From: Clostridia bacterium | Lineage (GTDB): Bacteria > Bacillota > Clostridia > Christensenellales > UBA1242 | Direction: 5' to 3' | Assembly (NCBI GenBank): GCA_017467625.1 | Contig: JAFUSN010000003.1 | Coordinates: 257,378 to 321,377, forward strand | DNA: 64,000 nt | In this document: positions 1 through 13,200 of the stretch, one piece after another | How positions within the stretch are numbered: the first letter of the stretch is position 1 | Layout of the letters: the number at the start of each line of letters is the position of its first letter | Translations under genes and position numbers: made by a program | Notes under the pieces: model-generated | Told to the model about the DNA's origin: nothing | Seen by the model: the letters and a program-made list of their open reading frames with translations, nothing else | The model's database searches: none

Positions 1-114
1 AAAGCAATTTGATAGTCCAATTCATAATTTTGAACATAAAACTTTTGTACGTAAAAATTCAGTGCGAAGTACTGACAAAGGATTTTCGAATTCATCGTAT
101 CCAAGTTTTCCTGA

Positions 115-726
115 TTATAATTCTGAGGATGATTGGCTTTGATAATCCATTTTGTAGTTTATGCTTTTGAAGTAATCAATTATAATTTTAATGTATTTTT
201 CACGCAGCCATTCTTCGTCTTTAACTTGTGACTCAATAAAACGCACGGACCATTTATTTTCAATAGCGTTTTTGTAAATCTTATCAATTAATTGCTCCAC
301 TTTTCTAAAAACACTTCTTTTTGAAATTTCATAATCTGTAGCCAAATCTTCAGCTGTCCAATTATAAACATATTTCTTTTCTAAAAAATCCCATTCTTCT
401 TCACTTAGAGATTTATGCATTTGTTTTGTCATTATGTATATATTGAGCAGTGTATTTTTTCTTTCACTTAAATCAATAACTTGATCAAATTGTTTTGTTA
501 TTGAGCTATGTAAATTAAAAATATCAGAACTGAATGATATTGTTGTTGCCTGCAGTTCGATAATTTTATCTAATTGCTTAATTATGTTTGGAATAATTGA
601 ATGTGTTGTCAGAAATGTTTTTATCCAAAATTTAAATTTATCCTTTTCGGTTAATGATTTAATATAGTCTTTAATTTTTTTCTTTTGTTCATAGTCAATT
701 TTCTTTAATTTTGTTGTTTTTTTCAT
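115..726 (-). CDS. Putative small transcription regulator with C-terminal sigma-70 region-4-like helix-turn-helix (ECF/ArpU-like); function tentative
   Basis: ORF track gives 115..753. I prefer the internal ATG at 726 because GAGGAG lies 6 nt upstream (minus strand atGAGGAGaattttATG). The C-terminal segment LSEEEWDFLEKKYVYNWTAEDLATDYEISKRSVFRKVEQLIDKI fits the region 4.2 pattern (L..E...L...Y..g.t.eeiA..l.iS.rtV.r). No sigma region-2 motifs were recognised. It is divergently oriented to the giant gene at 1131. Confidence 0.5.
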   Translation of the reverse strand: MKKTTKLKKIDYEQKKKIKDYIKSLTEKDKFKFWIKTFLTTHSIIPNIIKQLDKIIELQATTISFSSDIFNLHSSITKQFDQVIDLSERKNTLLNIYIMTKQMHKSLSEEEWDFLEKKYVYNWTAEDLATDYEISKRSVFRKVEQLIDKIYKNAIENKWSVRFIESQVKDEEWLREKYIKIIIDYFKSINYKMDYQSQSSSEL

Positions 727-1117
727 AAAATTCTCCTCATAAAACTTGCCCAAGGTTTATAAGTTCATTTTAGTATACTTTTTTTATAAAAGTGGTTTAC
801 CCGTGACATGTTTTTTAAAAAAAATTTAAATATGTACAAATTAACCAAAAAGTCATGCTGTGTTTTTGAATTAACAAGTGTTATGTATGTATTACTATTT
901 TTTTTATTATATTTTTGACAATTTATTGTAATTTACAAAGTCAAATTAAATAGTTATTAAATAATAACATAACAAAAAATTGTAAAATATAATTTTACTT
1001 TAATAACTAAACTATTTTTTTTGAAAAAAAATTCGTTTTTTTCTTTTCAAAAACGACCTTTTATGTTAAAATTAGTTAGTAATATAATAAATTAATATAT
1101 GCTCGAATAATCAAACT

Positions 1118-1124
1118 AAGAGGG
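1118..1124 (+). promoter_or_regulatory. Shine-Dalgarno element of giant gene 1
   Basis: AAGAGGG ends 6 nt before ATG 1131. Confidence 0.6.
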
Positions 1125-1130
1125 ATAAAA

Positions 1131-1232
1131 ATGGTTAAGTCAAATTTAATTGGGAAAAATATTATTAAAACAATCGCAAGGTCATTTGTTTTGTTGTTTG
1201 TGTGCTTTGCCTCGCTTTTTCTTGCTGCCTGT
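1131..1232 (+). other. Lipoprotein (SPase II) signal peptide with lipobox L-A-A-C
   Basis: MVKSNLIGKNIIKTIARSFVLLFVCFASLFLAAC has a basic n-region (K3, K9, K13, R17), a hydrophobic core and lipobox LAAC with Cys34 at 1230..1232. It is followed by GKTSSSDSG, a typical flexible start of a mature lipoprotein. Confidence 0.75.
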
Positions 1233-4200
1233 GGCAAAACATCATCAAGTGACTCTGGTTTTGATGCTTATGGTAGATATCGCTTAAATCAGCCAAACAT
1301 CACCTACTATCGCGAAACCACAGATGGAAAAGTCAACCAGTACACTGGTTCGTTTTATGTTCCACTTGAATTCTATTTAAACAAAACATTGTCAGAGCAA
1401 ATTGAACACAAAAGGAATAGACTAGGTCTTTCTGCTAGTGCTGATGTTGATTTTATCAAAGATTATGACCAGGTTGGTTCACTTGCTATTGATGATTCAT
1501 GGGGTCAATTTGATTCAACTAATTATTCGTATTCTGATTATTTGTTTTGGGTTGATGGAATTGTTTATCAAATTCATGTCACCGTTGATTTTAGTAAATT
1601 AGTTAGACACGTGGGTTCAACTTCAAGCAGATATTTTAATTTAAGCAATTATATTGAGGCAACTGATGATCTTGATAACATTTTCCACTATTCTTACAGA
1701 ATTGGAAACGAAGGAATATGGAAAGATGCCTCAACAATAATTTCAACTGTTTACTACACAAGACGTGGAACGGATCAATATGATTTTGTTTCTGGAAGTA
1801 TTTCAAATAAAACCATTTCATTTGACCACTGCTTTTATATGGGTTTCAATCCATTTTTAGAGAATGGATCAATAAACAGAAGAATTAGAGTTAAAGCAAT
1901 ACCTAATTTTGATGTTACTCTTAATCCTTCAGCGTCATCACTGTCTCTTGGTCTTGATTATCACTCAAGCTCAGTTTATCGTGGAGATTCAATTTTTTCA
2001 AAAACAGTTATTTATGATGCGTACAAGTTAAACTTTGAATCATACTCTCCTAATAGCGCATATCTTGATTATGGCCAAATTTCATACAATGAAGACAATC
2101 CAAGCTTTTACTTTTACAATGTAAATAAAACATATTCATCTGCAACAAAAAAGAGTTACATTACAGGTGTTTCGGGATTTTTCCCTGCTGGACGAGTTGT
2201 TGAAGTTGAGCGTGAATTTGATAATACACTTACATCGTCAAATTACGCTTATGCTTCTTGGACCGCAAATAAAAAACAAGTAAATTCTCTTTTTAATGAA
2301 AATACTATTCATCGTGATAAATCAGTTTCAAATTACAGCGAAAGTCAGTTTGAGAACTATGATAAAGGCTATCATGCTTTATTTGGTGCTGATTCTGCCT
2401 TTAATGTTTTTGCTGTCAAATCATACAATGCTTTATCAGATGTTTATGGAAAAATAACATCCAATTCTCTATCCAGTCATGTTGTTGAAAATCTTAATGG
2501 AAGAACAAGTAAAATTTATGTTGAAACCTCCGCTGATTATAACAATTACATTTTCTATGCAAACTTTGTGAAGATTGATAATTTTTCAATTACTGGAACA
2601 ATTTTCGACGCTGAAAAAATATTAAACTCTTCAGAAAATCTTTTGAGTGACGTTAAATATCAAAAAATCAAAGTGTCTAGTGATGGATCAACGAATATGC
2701 TCGCCAATGGCAATGTAACTGATGGACAAGTTGTATTTGCCGGATTAAATTTTGGTGAATCAGTTCTTTTGTCAAAGCAGTTTATTGAAGATGATGAGAA
2801 TGTGGTTGAATATAATTTTTATGGTCAATATGTTTCAGATTTAACCATTGGGAATATTTCTGTTAGTTCAATCAAAAACACCGTAGCCAAAAAGGAATAT
2901 TTAACGGGAACAATTATAACTTCAGCCACAGGTTATAAAATTTATATGAAACCTGATGATGTTTCATTTGTTTATGCAAACACATCATTCTACATTGATG
3001 GTAATAGAGTTTTTGATCAAGATAAAAATGAATTTTTCAACTTTACTGTTGAGCCAGTATACAAAACATTTGATTTAATTGGAATTTCCATAATGGGAAC
3101 CCGATATGATTCAGAGAGTTCTCTTGTTGTTGGAGTTAAAGCATATGATGGAAGAAGAGATTATCCAATTGTTGATCCAACTGAACTTGGCATTTCATAT
3201 GAAGTTATTAAATCAGTAAACTCATTTGTTGATTCGTTGGGTTATGTAACAACAACGGCTTATGTTTCAGTTGTGTTGCCTGCTGATATTTCCCTTCAAA
3301 AGTATAATGTTATAACAAATAACTTCACCACTGCTTCAATCTATGAAAACAACAATTCTTCATACAATCAAATTCTTGCTCTTTCAACAAATGTAAATGG
3401 AATACAAAAAAACGAATATTATTATTTGACTGAATCTGAAATTAATAGTCGTTTTATAACCACTTTGTCTGGTGGTATTCTTATTTATAATAATGTAGTT
3501 TACTCATACAGTGTAAAGAACTTTAATGCGGATAAAACTTACTATCACTACAATTCTTCAGAATCTGACGACATCCTCATTCGTGTAACTGATTCAACAC
3601 AAACTAAATACATTTTACTTAAGCTTGAAAAAATACACTATTCAACGGATTCCTCAGCCGTAAATTACTTACAAACAGGTGCCTCCTCTGCTGAATCAAA
3701 TTACAAACTCATTTGTGAAGGCTTTGAAACTAAAGCAGGTGCAGATGCAGCGCTTAGTGCTCATAATGCAAAACAGAATGTTGATTATGCATACCTAATT
3801 TACAACGGATATATTTATTTTTCATATAATCAAGAAAACTCTCTTTCAAGCACTGAAGAAGCTAATTTTGGTGTAATGCCTACAACAACAATTTCAACTG
3901 GAATTACTGCTAAACAAGATTTTACAACAGGATACAGTAATGTTATTAATTTTAGTGACACTTCTTCCAAGATTGTTAAAAATCAAGCTATAACTGAAGG
4001 AATTACAACCTATCCATTTTCTGGTTCATATGACAAATGGAATATTTCAGCAGATATTTTGGATAAATATTTCTATACAGTTGAGATGAAATATAGTCCT
4101 GAAATTTCTGAAGCAGAGCAAGAATTTATTTTGGAATCAAAATATAGCGAACATGTTTTAGATGAATACAATGATGGTAATGGCCCATTCTACACAATTA

Positions 4201-7200
4201 TTATGAATAATCAACCATACTACATTGTTTCTAGTGAAAGTAATTCTCGTTATGAAATTTATATGACTTATGACTATACAAAATCAACTCAAAAATTTAA
4301 CACGAGAATTGGTATATTTGCTAAATCTGGTGATAAACAAATTTTTACTCATTCAAACGATGAAAACGATCAAGATGATGTCACAGAACACACCATTTTT
4401 GATAGTTACAAATCTGTTGAATTGTTATTGCAAGATGGAAAACCAAACAAAATAAAATTCACAAGAGAATGCGCAAAATATAATGAACAAGAACTCTATT
4501 TGAATAATGATATAAAAGAATTCTATGCAACATTCACCTGTTTTGGTGAACCAATTGATTTAGAAAAAGAATTTGGCATTGTAAGACATGAAATTAAAAA
4601 TGAAAAATTAGTTTTAACAAGAAAATCTGTAAAGATTGGTGAAACAATATATTATATCGATTTAAACAGTAGGTTTTTGTTTACAGATTTTAAGTGTGTG
4701 ACGGAGTTAAATACATCAGACAAAATTGTTTTCTCATATAATGATAGTAACGAATTAAAAATTGAATTTACTAATACTTTCACAACTTATATTGAATTTT
4801 CTTATAATGGAAAAACATACAGAATTATTAACTCATCACTTGATTTTTATGAGTTAAGTGATGCAACTGGAGGTTATGTTCCAGTAACTTCAATAACCTA
4901 CTATGATGTTAAAATAGATATGTCAACCGGTAGTTTCAGTTGCAAATTTGGAAGTGATTTAAAAACAAAAGTAAGCACTTCGCATTCAATCACCTTGGAA
5001 AAAGGTGAAAATAACATTGTTGATTCTTTGAAAAAATTAACTGATGAAAAAATTATTGGAAAGAATAATAAAGTAACTCGTGATAGTTCAGAGTATGTCA
5101 TTGGTGCATATGGACTTATAAAGGCAACAAAATACTTTGGAGGCAGAACAAACACCTCAATAATTTCAGTTGCTTATCCAACCGAGATGCAACTTTTAGC
5201 TTTCCAAATTGGTGAAGAATATTACTATTTAAATCAAGTTCAAGATGGAACGACAACTAAATTTGAACTTTATGCAAATGCATATTTTCATATAAATGAA
5301 ACAACAAGCGCTAAAGAAAAAGTTTATGTTGATAAATTCACTAATGAGGCGAAACTTAATGATTCAGCTTTTATTAGATCATCAATAGTATATTATTTTA
5401 ATTCAAATGAATTTAAAACTATAAATGTACCTGGAGTACCTGGAAATTCGATTGATGTTTTTGATTTATATACGGACATGGTTGCTTCAACGGTAAATCT
5501 TTATTCAAATGAAGATACCCATGGAGTTTTGTTGCGCATAAATTCAAAATATTATTATGCAACTAACGGAAGTGGAAGCAATACTGATTCAACTTTACAA
5601 TATAAATCAAGACAGTATTTATACAATACTTCAAATGAAATTGTTGCCAGTGGAAACGATAGCAATAGACAAATATATAAAATCTATCAAATTAATAAGC
5701 ATAATAATGAGTTTTTATTGCGTCTTAATATTCAATTGGGAGCAAAGTTGACACATGATGATTTAAATCTTACAGCGAATAACATTCATTTTCCTATCAA
5801 TACCTACAGTGGATTAAAGTCTACTGATTGGTTTGATATTGACGAAAATAAAGGTGAAGAATTCCAATACAATGCAAAAGAATCTAGTATATATGCCTTT
5901 TATGATGTTGAAGCCGTTCGAGTTCTTAGTGGTGGCAGCTTTGTAACTAAATATTACTTAACAACTCCTATTGCAAGTGAAACTACGTTTAATGGAACCT
6001 CTATACTTGTTTATAACTATTTTATATCAAATTTAAATGAACTTTTTGGAATTCAAGTAATTAGAGGAAGTCAAATTGCTCAAAATCGTGACTTTTATTC
6101 TTCATATTATTCAATTTTAGGTGGAAATCTTGATTTAAATAAATATTATTATGTAAAAGAATTGTCTGAACCTGCGGATATTGAAATATTCCAAGAAGCA
6201 TCTGCACAAAAGAATTCAAAGGTTCCATATTTATTAGAAAATTATATTGATGCAGATGGTAATGAACATACTGATAAAGTTTATACTAAAACAAAATTAA
6301 TTTCACAGCCACAATTTAGGGATCAGTCTAATGCTGTCATTACTTCTCTCCCACCAGTTAAAAATGGTGAAATTTCAAATATTTTAGAGCAAACTGATAA
6401 TGAAAAAATTTCATTTACACTGGGTGCACCAAGTGGCACTTTATACACTTCAACTGGTGCAGAATATAATTTTACAAATGCAGAAACAACAACTGGTCGT
6501 TCATATGCGATAGTTTCAAACATCAATCAGGGTGATGATAATACACAGGACCCTCTTACTGCGTATGGTTTTGATCAAGGTAACTTCATTTTAGAAACAA
6601 ATCAAAATGATACTTTTGTTAAAAACAATGTTTATTATCACATCAATATTGATGAAACGGATTATTGGCTTGGTATAATGCTTTCATATACCTTATACAT
6701 TTGTCAAAGTGGTGCCAATAGGCCAACTGCAGTTGAAATGTATGTGGATCAAATTGGTAATTGTTACGTCGTTTCACGAACTGAAAGAAATGCTGTTTAT
6801 CTTAAACAACTTGTAACAAGTAAAGATGAACCAATTATGTTTAAAGACTTATATACTTCCATTTCTGATGACACCGCTTCAACATTAAATAAAAATTACC
6901 TATTTGGAACCTATACTGATGAAAATAATATTTTCGAATGTGAATCAAAGTATTATATTTTAATCAATGGCATTTATTACACTTATAACAAAGACAATGG
7001 TAAATTTGAAACAACAACTCCCCCACACAACTTTGAAGCTAACAAGATTGAGGTTTCTGAAAAACAAGATATTGGTGTTGTATATAAAAACTCAAATGAT
7101 AATAAATTTTACTATTGTTTGCCTAATGGAAAGGTTTACACAACCAATAATTTTACTACAAGGTTTACATTAAATAAATACTATTATTCAAATGGATCTA

Positions 7201-10200
7201 TTCATTATAATTCTGGATATAAACGAGATGATTATAATCAAGATCAAGCAAATGGTTTACAACTTTTTACTTTAACAAATTATACTTATGATCCAGAATC
7301 AAGACAATTGTTTGATGGGTCAGGCAATTTCAGTGGATTATTTGTTCAATCTGCTTCAGTTATGAATTTGGTGGATGGAGAGTCTGTTTCAGCAATTAGA
7401 GTTGTTTATGACTACTTTACTGAGCAATATTATTTCTTTAATCAAAATCAAGGATTGATTTATAATGAAAAGAATTTAATGGAAAAAGATTCAATTGAAT
7501 ATAAAGAGTCTAATGGTTCATATGGATATCTTCAAAATGGAATCTGCAATAATATTAATTTCTACTATGTCAGTCAAGAAGATAAATTTATTTTTAGACC
7601 ATCAACTAAGTATTATACTTTTGTTAATTACAGTATCACAGCATATTTTGAAAATATAGGTTCAACAACGGCTGATGATGTTAAATGGATTCAATCTAGT
7701 GCATACCCTCTTTATGAAAATGGAAGTAATAAATCACTAATACAAGCAATTACAATGCATTCTGATACTGAAATCACATATTGGAAAGAACCAACTTTCA
7801 AGAACCAACTTTCAAGAAATGTAAATACAAAGTATATTGATGTTGGAACTTCTTCGCAGTATGTAATTTCAAAAAATCCAAGTTCATCATCAAGGGTCAT
7901 AACTCTTCTTGGAAAAAGAAAAGTTATTGATAATAATGAAAATACTCTTGATTATTCATCATATTCAATGTTGATTCCAACAGTAAAAGAATCACCTATT
8001 CTAGATATTAATACTGCATATTTTGATGTTGATTACACTTCAAAAGATAACATTACTGAGGGATTCCCAGGTGTAAAACTTTTGGATGGCATACCATATG
8101 TTAACCCAATGTTTGTGTTTAATGTTTATCACAAACAAGGAACCCCTGCATATATTGATTTGGCATTTTTGGTTAACAATGGATACTATGTTGAAATCAT
8201 AAATAATATAAGGCAGGATGGAAATAGTAAGTTAACGACTGATTTTACAACTATTAACTTTAAGTCAACAGCTGAAAACCTGTCTACTGGCGATTATGTT
8301 GATAAACTTTATTATATTGTTGATAATACAAAATATGAGCCAATTCTAGCATATCGAAAAGTTACCCCAGCTGAACAGTTAACTGCAGTTACATTTACAA
8401 CTTATTATAATAAATACAGAGATGATAGCTCTAGCTATAAATCAATATATATTCCAAATTTTGAGTATATAAATCTTACAAGTGATGAAAAATCCATGTA
8501 TTATGGGCTTGTTAAAGATGGAGACTTCTATTATCAACTTAACACCACTGCCCTAAAGTTTAATGATATAGCAATAAATGATGGCGATGATAGTGAAACG
8601 CTATACTTTGATGATGCAACAATTTTTGATAATGATAAGGTTGTTTATAGCGACATAGTTTATAGATTTATTAATGGGAACTTCTCCCCTTTAACTGCAA
8701 ATGAATGTGCAATTTGGGAAACTTCAACTGTTGCAATTAAAGATATTCCATACTTAGATGTCCATACCTACAAGCAAGATAACAATACTGGTTTAATTTA
8801 TTTAAGTTCAGACGTTGTTAATTCAGATGTTAACACAATTTGCAATGGTTTGACAGGTATTGATACAAATATAACAACCGCAAATTCAAATGATGTTAAT
8901 TATGATAATGTAATCGTTGCTGGTATCACAAATGCATACAAAGTTTCAACAAATGAAATTTCAAGTTTCGGTGATAATTTATATGGTTATTGGCTTGATA
9001 AGTCAATTCACTTACTTGATATTACAAAATCACAAAATACATTCCTTAAATGTGGTTCAGAATCAGTTGTTTTAACTGCATCACCACTTATCTCTTTTGA
9101 TGGTGAAATTTATTATAAACTTAAAGAATGGAAAGTTTATGTTCGTGAAAATTCTGAAAGAATTCGTGAACTTGGAAATGACTACATTAATGATTTAATT
9201 GGGACTTATAGAAATAACGCAATTTGTATATTCTCTTCAGATGTTTCTGGATATTATTTATTCTTACCTGTTTATGAAAAGGTTTACACAATGTCAATGG
9301 CAACAGAAGTAATTTCAGGCTCATTGAATGTTGGTGGATCAATTTCAATTAAGTCTTCTGAAAATTCTGTTGATATTGATGAAGAAAATTATCAAGAAAA
9401 TCTCTATTTCATTGACCCAATTCCTGGTTATGACAGCACTATTAATATTTCTTCATACATATTCTTTACTGGTAATTTTAATGATGGCAATCCAATTTTT
9501 GCACCACTTAACTTGGATAATAACAATTTGGTAATGAGATCACCTAATGCAAATAACTCAATTGCCATTATCAGTTTCATTGATTCTGGAAAAGCAAATG
9601 TTTTTGTTTATAAAATTAAACAACAAAACGAAGTTTTGTCAGAAGGTGAACCATGCTTTATTGAAATAACCAACACAAATGGTATGTATAGATTCAGCTA
9701 TAATAGGAATGGCTATGCTTTATCAAATGCCAATGTTTTATATACTAATCGTCCATTTGTTCAAACTACATATACGGATAAAAATGGACAATCAAGAATT
9801 GGATATACTTATGCCCCATCAACTTTAAATAGTTCTATTTCCACTTATAACGCAAGAATAACCAATGTTTTGACATACACATACAAATATACAAAAGATG
9901 GAACAGAACACAATGTAATGCTTTTAAATAATAATTTCTATACTGTTCCAGAGTCAATAATAAGTTCAATTGGATTAAATGAACCTGGAGATGGAACAAC
10001 AGAACTTGAAATAGATAGAGATAATATTTTGTCTTTATTAGATTCTTCCATTGCAAAACTTGTTATAAAGAAATTTAATGTTGCGCAAAATTCAAAAGAT
10101 GACTCAGTCAATGGGTATTATTCAAATACTGAAAAGAATTTGTCAACCGGTGAATTATATGCTGATGAAAATGGGAATATCCATACCACCTTGCAGTATA

Positions 10201-13200
10201 AAACTAATTACTATTATCGTGATTCAGAAATTTTATTAGAGGCAATTCCAAATTCTGGTTACAGATTTGAAAATTGGTATTTTGCTAGATTTGATGAAAC
10301 TTATGGTTGGACTGTTTCTGATAAAACTGTTCTTGACGAACTCAACAACTCATATGTTGATGAAATAATTAAAACTGAATTTGCTACAAATTCTGCAGCG
10401 ACAACTTATAAATTGGATTATAAGGGTCATTATCCATCTGGCGAACAATATGATTTAACATATACAATTTCAAGGTACGATAGCGACATTGTATTCTCAA
10501 ATAATATGCAAAAAGTTCCAAATTCAGTAAAAAGTAACTATTATGGAATCTTTGCAAATCTTGGGACATCAAGATCACATCCAAATTTTGTAAGAGTTTA
10601 TCAAATAGAAAATAATCCATCTGCTTTATATTATGATGAGCATGGTGCAATTCCAGTTCAACTTTCTGATTTTACAATTCAACTAAATAGCTTTGAAGAA
10701 TTATGGTCACATAACTACATTGGTTATATGAATTTCTATGATGCAATAAAAATAACATACCAATATGATAGTGACGGAAATATCAATGAAAGATGGACAA
10801 GAGTTGGAACTGGTGACAGTTATACCGTTTCAACAACTAAATTTACATTTAATGGTGAAACCATCTACCCTGTTTACACATACAACACCACAACACTCAA
10901 TTATGATATAGCTTATTACAGGTCAAATGAATCAGGAAATTTCTATGTTGATGAAAATAACGCACTTCATATTTATAAGTTACATTCAAATGTTAGAGTT
11001 GTGGCAAAGTTTATTGAGACTTACAAAGCATTTATTTTCAATGAAACTGAAGACGAATCAGGAATTTCTATTGAAGCAATTTATTATTATAATGAGGATG
11101 AATCCAAAACAGTCATTAGAACCAGTGCAAATGGCAGCAATTTAACTGCATTAGATACCCCATTAAAAACGGCTGCTGTAAGCAAAAATTACTTTGGTGC
11201 AACAGACACAAGTGAAACTTATCCTTTTAATGTTACAAAAGATTCAAGTGCTACTCCTGCAAAAACATTATTTGATAATGTGAATAATAAAGATACATCA
11301 TTTTATGAAGCTTTGTATTCAAAAAATGATCGTGATCGTTTTGAATCAATTGCTGGTGTAAACAACTTTACGGGTTCATTTGAAAGAAATGCATACGCAA
11401 TGCTTAGAAATGGAAAAGATAATCAACAGTCACTTTCATTGAAAAATTATTATTTTGATGTTGGAACCACCCTGTTCCTGTTAATTAGACTTCAGGCTGA
11501 AAAGCAGATAACTATTCATTCACTTGGTTTAAATCAAAATTACACGTTAAACTTTGTCATGGAACCAAATAGTGATGTTGTTAAGTCACTTAAAGGATCC
11601 GACAATATTGAATATGTTTATTATGTTCTAAAAGTTACATTTGACAGAAACATGGAGCAAACAGACGGAATAACAACTAATGCTGGAAATGAAAATCCTG
11701 AATATGTTCTTCATCCAGACAGATCTAAAAATTTGTCAATTGATGTTTTATCTGGTAACAATTTATCATTTTATGATTCATTATATGATCTTTATTTTGG
11801 TTTGTCTGCTTCGAAAGATAGTGATATTAATCTTTCACAAAACAATTATCTTAACTTTAATATAGATTCTAATGAATATAAGGTTAAAATTGCCTTTAAT
11901 AAGGCATTAAATTATACTTATGCAAACGCTTTTAGTTATTCAAAAACTATGGCGGAATCACTTTATAACCAAATGCTAATGCATGATAACAGTCTAATAA
12001 CTAGACTAGTTTCTACATGGTCAACCATAGAAGATAAAACTATAGTCAAAACTTTCAATAAAAATACATTTATTTTCGACTTCAATGACTATTTAGATGA
12101 ATCATCAACAACTACTGAAGTTTATAAAGCTATAAAATCATACTTTATTGAGGCATTTAATAAGGTTTATCTTGCACAAGAATCTAATAATGCTAATTAT
12201 AACTTTACAAAATCAATATCTACTCTTGAAATACTTTTAAATGAATTATTTAAGAAAATTGATAATAGCATTAATGTTAATGTTATTAACTCACCAAAAT
12301 TTGATGATTTATATTACTACATGACAGTTACTGGAAAAATTCATGTGGGAACTGTTTTCGTTGATTACATTGTTGCTGTTATGAATGATGATTTGGGTGC
12401 TTATACAAAATCCATAATTCAATCTTTAAAATATGAAACATTTGACAAACTTTCTGACTTTATAACTAGAGTAAACCAAGTAATTTATTCAGCAATTTAT
12501 AAACGTGATGCATTTAAGATAAAATATGCAAAACTATCTGAATCTTATAGCAAAATATATAATATGAATAACAGTCATGCTAGTGCCGACAGTAACACCG
12601 AAGAAGAATTATCAAGCATTCCGACAATATTCAATTCTATTAAAAAATATCAAGGAAATATATATGATGATGGTGGAAATTGGCGTTCTGGCAATGTTTA
12701 TAAATTTGGTGGACCATTTAGATCTGGAATACTGAACTATATTAACCTTTCAAGTGTTAATGTTTATACTGTTTCTGTATCAACAACTGTAATTGACTCA
12801 ATAACAACAAAATCAGAAAATAACGATGGACAAGAGATAGAAACTCTTTCAGTTGATAAATTTATTTCAAGTTCAAATAATTTTGATGAAAATCCATATT
12901 ATGCTCTAGCAAATTCAATTTACACGGCCGGTGGTGTTGCAACAAGTCTTGGCAAACTCACATATATTGGTTCAGCTCATCAAATTGATTTAGCTGGTCC
13001 AAATGTTGTAACCTATGTTGATGGGTATAATAAGGTAAATAGATTTGAAACAAAATTTGAAGACTCTCAAAACGAAAATTTGTATGCAGAGTCAACAAAC
13101 TCTACTGGCTTTAATAATTCATCTTATGGTGACATGACCTTTGCTGAATATTCAATTGTTCTCTGGGAAGGTCTAGATGTTGATGAAAGTAAAGGAATTA

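Noticed and set aside
1-114. Possible gene fragment at the left edge.
   Set aside because: Only 114 nt are available. One minus-strand frame is open, but 38 codons of AT-rich sequence with no motif cannot support a call.
727-753. Upstream ATG at 753 for the regulator gene.
   Set aside because: The GAGGAG SD lies inside that extension and is correctly spaced for the ATG at 726. No SD precedes 753.
915-944. TTGACA at 915..920 as the -35 of the giant-gene promoter, and the TTGAC...GTCAA inverted repeat (915..944).
   Set aside because: No acceptable -10 lies 16-18 nt downstream (aagtca/agtcaa). The outer inverted repeat is only 5 bp with a 20-nt gap and is not concentric with the inner palindrome.
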